Assembly (NCBI RefSeq): GCF_964194025.1
Contig: NC_134474.1
Coordinates: forward strand, 16,740,001-16,804,000
Source: Convolutriloba macropyga
Lineage: Eukaryota
Direction of reading: 5' to 3'
DNA: 64,000 bases
Position numbers and translations under genes: made by a program. Under the pieces are notes generated by a model. That model was not told the origin of the DNA and ran no database searches. It worked only from the letters and a program-made list of their open reading frames with translations. Of the stretch, positions 61,601 through 64,000 are shown piece after piece (position 1 is the stretch's first letter; each line of letters opens with the position of its first letter).

Positions 61601-64000
61601 AAGATTGAAAAGTAGAAACACAGTTCAAAGATTGGAAACAATAAAATATTTTGCGAAACCGACTATTTTCTTACAAAAATCTACATATGAAAAAGCTTCG
61701 CCAAAATTCAATTATTATTAAAACGGTGCACAAAAAGACTTCTAGTAATTAAAACCAATAAACAAACAAAAAATTGGACAAAAACAGCCAAAATCGGGCA
61801 AGCAAGTGAACAACTTTAAAAAACAAAAATACCTCACGTTTCAAAGAGGCACGTTAAGTTGTCATAAGTGATGATTTTTGGACAAAAGGTCGGCTTTAAG
61901 ATCTAAAAACAAAATTAATTTTAAAAGCCAAAAACGAACTAAAAAAGAGAAACATTTGCTCATTCAAATTTGAAGAGCATTATTAGACTCCCAAAAACAA
62001 TGTGGAAACAATTTCAGAGGTTCACATATTCGTACAGCTTGTATTCAAAAAAATTTTTTTTACAAAAAAACTAAATTACAAGCACAAAAGGAGAGCCAAT
62101 AGACAAAAAATGGCTAAAAATGCCTATCTATATGCGGCATTCTGCCAAAAAACACATTTCAAAGTCGAAAAGTCCTTCACTGATCGATGCGGGTGATCAA
62201 AAAACTTCTCTCGCTCAGAAAAAATGCGTTCACAAGGCAATTTCACTCTTTTGCGTGTAGGTCAAACCGCTGTCTGAACGAATAGTACTTCCGGAAAAAA
62301 ACTTAGTCTTCGAGTCGTGAAAAAAACAAAGAGAAGGCCAATGATAGTCTCAGCTATCGCTTTTCGGCTATTAATAAAAAAATAGCAGCAGCTAAGGGAT
62401 GTTCAAATTTTCTGGAGCTGAACCAAAAACTATCTAAAATTTACGTACCACTTTTATTGACCCTATGATCTCAAAGAGACAAAAACATTATTCCGCTTAA
62501 GTAACAATTTGAAAGCTCAACAGTCAAAAGTTCAAAAAATTGTCACCGCAAAAAACATGAAAAATATTTTAAAGATTCTGAAAAGAAACAAAGATGAAAA
62601 AATATTAAATTATAGTGAAAAACTACTGAGCAAGTTGAAATGTAAAAAAATTACTTTCCTAATTTGAAAATTACAGTTCTAAAAATAAATCTACGTCAAA
62701 TATTGCCGGCGGGAGAAACATGCTTATTGCAAAAAGGCGGTAACTAAAGATGTTTGAATAGGCTTGACAAACAAGCCAAGACATTGGCTAAACATTACTT
62801 TGAGAACTAATTTTAACCAATCGCTTAACGTAGACTATTTTTTCAATTCCACATTTACTATGAACATTTGAACCGCAAATATAAAACAGTAAACAGAAAT
62901 TATAAGCATAGCTGGCAGATTGCCAGAAAATAGCCTCAATATCTTAAAAGGAAACTTTTTATTAAATGCTGAGATGTTATATTAAATTGATTAAATTATA
63001 GATCCTTCTATTAGCTGCCCTCAAATAACCTTCAATTAGAGTGACCCGCATTCACTTGACCTTATCTCTTCCAATTAAAGCAACGAAGTCAATTCAGAGA
63101 GAGGAAGTCATTATTGAGAGAGGTAAGTCACGTTTGATAAAACTTAATAACGTACCACTTTTTTTATTGATCCTGTGATCTGAGTTTGATTTTCTTAATT
63201 TTTGAAAAATGAAATAGAAAAACAAGAAGTAGAAAAACAAGCACATTTCTTTATTTAGCATTCAAGGCTAAGAAAAAATATATAGCTATCCTCCTGTAAA
63301 GATTGAAAAGTAGAAACACAGTTCAAAGATTGGAAACAATAAAATATTTTGCGAAACCGACTATTTTCTTACAACAATCTACATATGAAGAAGCTTTCGC
63401 CAAAATTCAATTATTATTATAACGGTGCACAAAAAGAGTTCTAGTAATTAAAACCAATAAACAAACAAAAAATTGGACAAAAACAGCCAAAATCGGGCAA
63501 GCAAGTGAACAACTTTAAAAAACAAAAATACCTCACGTTTCAAAGAGGCATGTTAAGTTGTCATAAGTGATGATTTTTGGACAAAAGGTCGGCTTTAAGA
63601 TCTAAAAACAAAATTAATTTTAAAAGCCAAAAACGAACTAAAAAAGAGAAACATTTGCTCATTCAAATTTGAAGAGCATTATTAGACTCCCAAAAACAAT
63701 GTGGAAACAATTTCAGAGGTTCACATATTCGTACAGCTTGTATTCAAAAAAATTTTTTTTACAAAAAAACTAAATTACAAGCACAAAAGGAGAGCCAATA
63801 GACAAAAAATGGCTAAAAATGCCTATCTATATGCGGCATTCTGCCAAAAAACACATTTCAAAGTCGAAAAGTCCTTCACTGATCGATGCGGGTGATCAAA
63901 AAACTTCTCTCGCTCAGAAAAAATGCGTTCACAAGGCAATTTCACTCTTTTGCGTGTAGGTCAAACCGCTGTCTGAACGAATAGTACTTCCGGAAAAAAA
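55684..64000. repeat. Nested tandem duplications: 2470-bp period (55684-~60600) and 1699-bp period (~60720-64000+), sharing a ~0.8-1 kb core in 6 copies
   Basis: ORF pairs 55834/58304 (offset 2470) and 62002/63701 (offset 1699). Core start TTTAGCATTCAAGGCTAAG at ~56405, 57379, 58875, 59848, 61556 and 63255. Confidence 0.92.

Noticed and set aside
55632-63895. Repeated hydrophobic or basic small ORFs
   Set aside because: They lie in AT-rich repeats and are frameshifted or truncated between near-identical copies.

Overview
AT-rich eukaryotic (probably animal) genomic DNA; the species cannot be named from sequence alone. Every recognisable host gene lies on the minus strand. In transcription order these are: the last exon of an LRR-like gene (53.8-52.9 kb), a candidate unannotated 3-exon ORF (50.3-45.8 kb), AK6/Fap7 (3 exons, 45139-38038), NLE1 (2 exons, 32002-30148), a pseudogenised partial copy of COPS7, an intact COPS7 (2 exons, 21115-19642), and exon 1 of POLR2G/RPB7 only 383 bp further on. 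Each named gene has an unpaired TTTCAG-type acceptor just upstream of its ATG, and several intergenic gaps hold splice sites and small ORFs, which suggests an operon-like, possibly SL trans-spliced unit (inference). The rest is repetitive: a 14.2 kb satellite of 26 monomers (544/553 bp) with dimeric higher-order structure, apparently inside the RPB7 intron and related to local Helentron-like (HINE/DINE-1-type) elements; two HINE-like families; a decayed CRE-like non-LTR retrotransposon in AK6 intron 1; a Mutator-type MITE with a 9-bp TSD; and several tandem duplications. All alignments were done by eye, so repeat boundaries are approximate.
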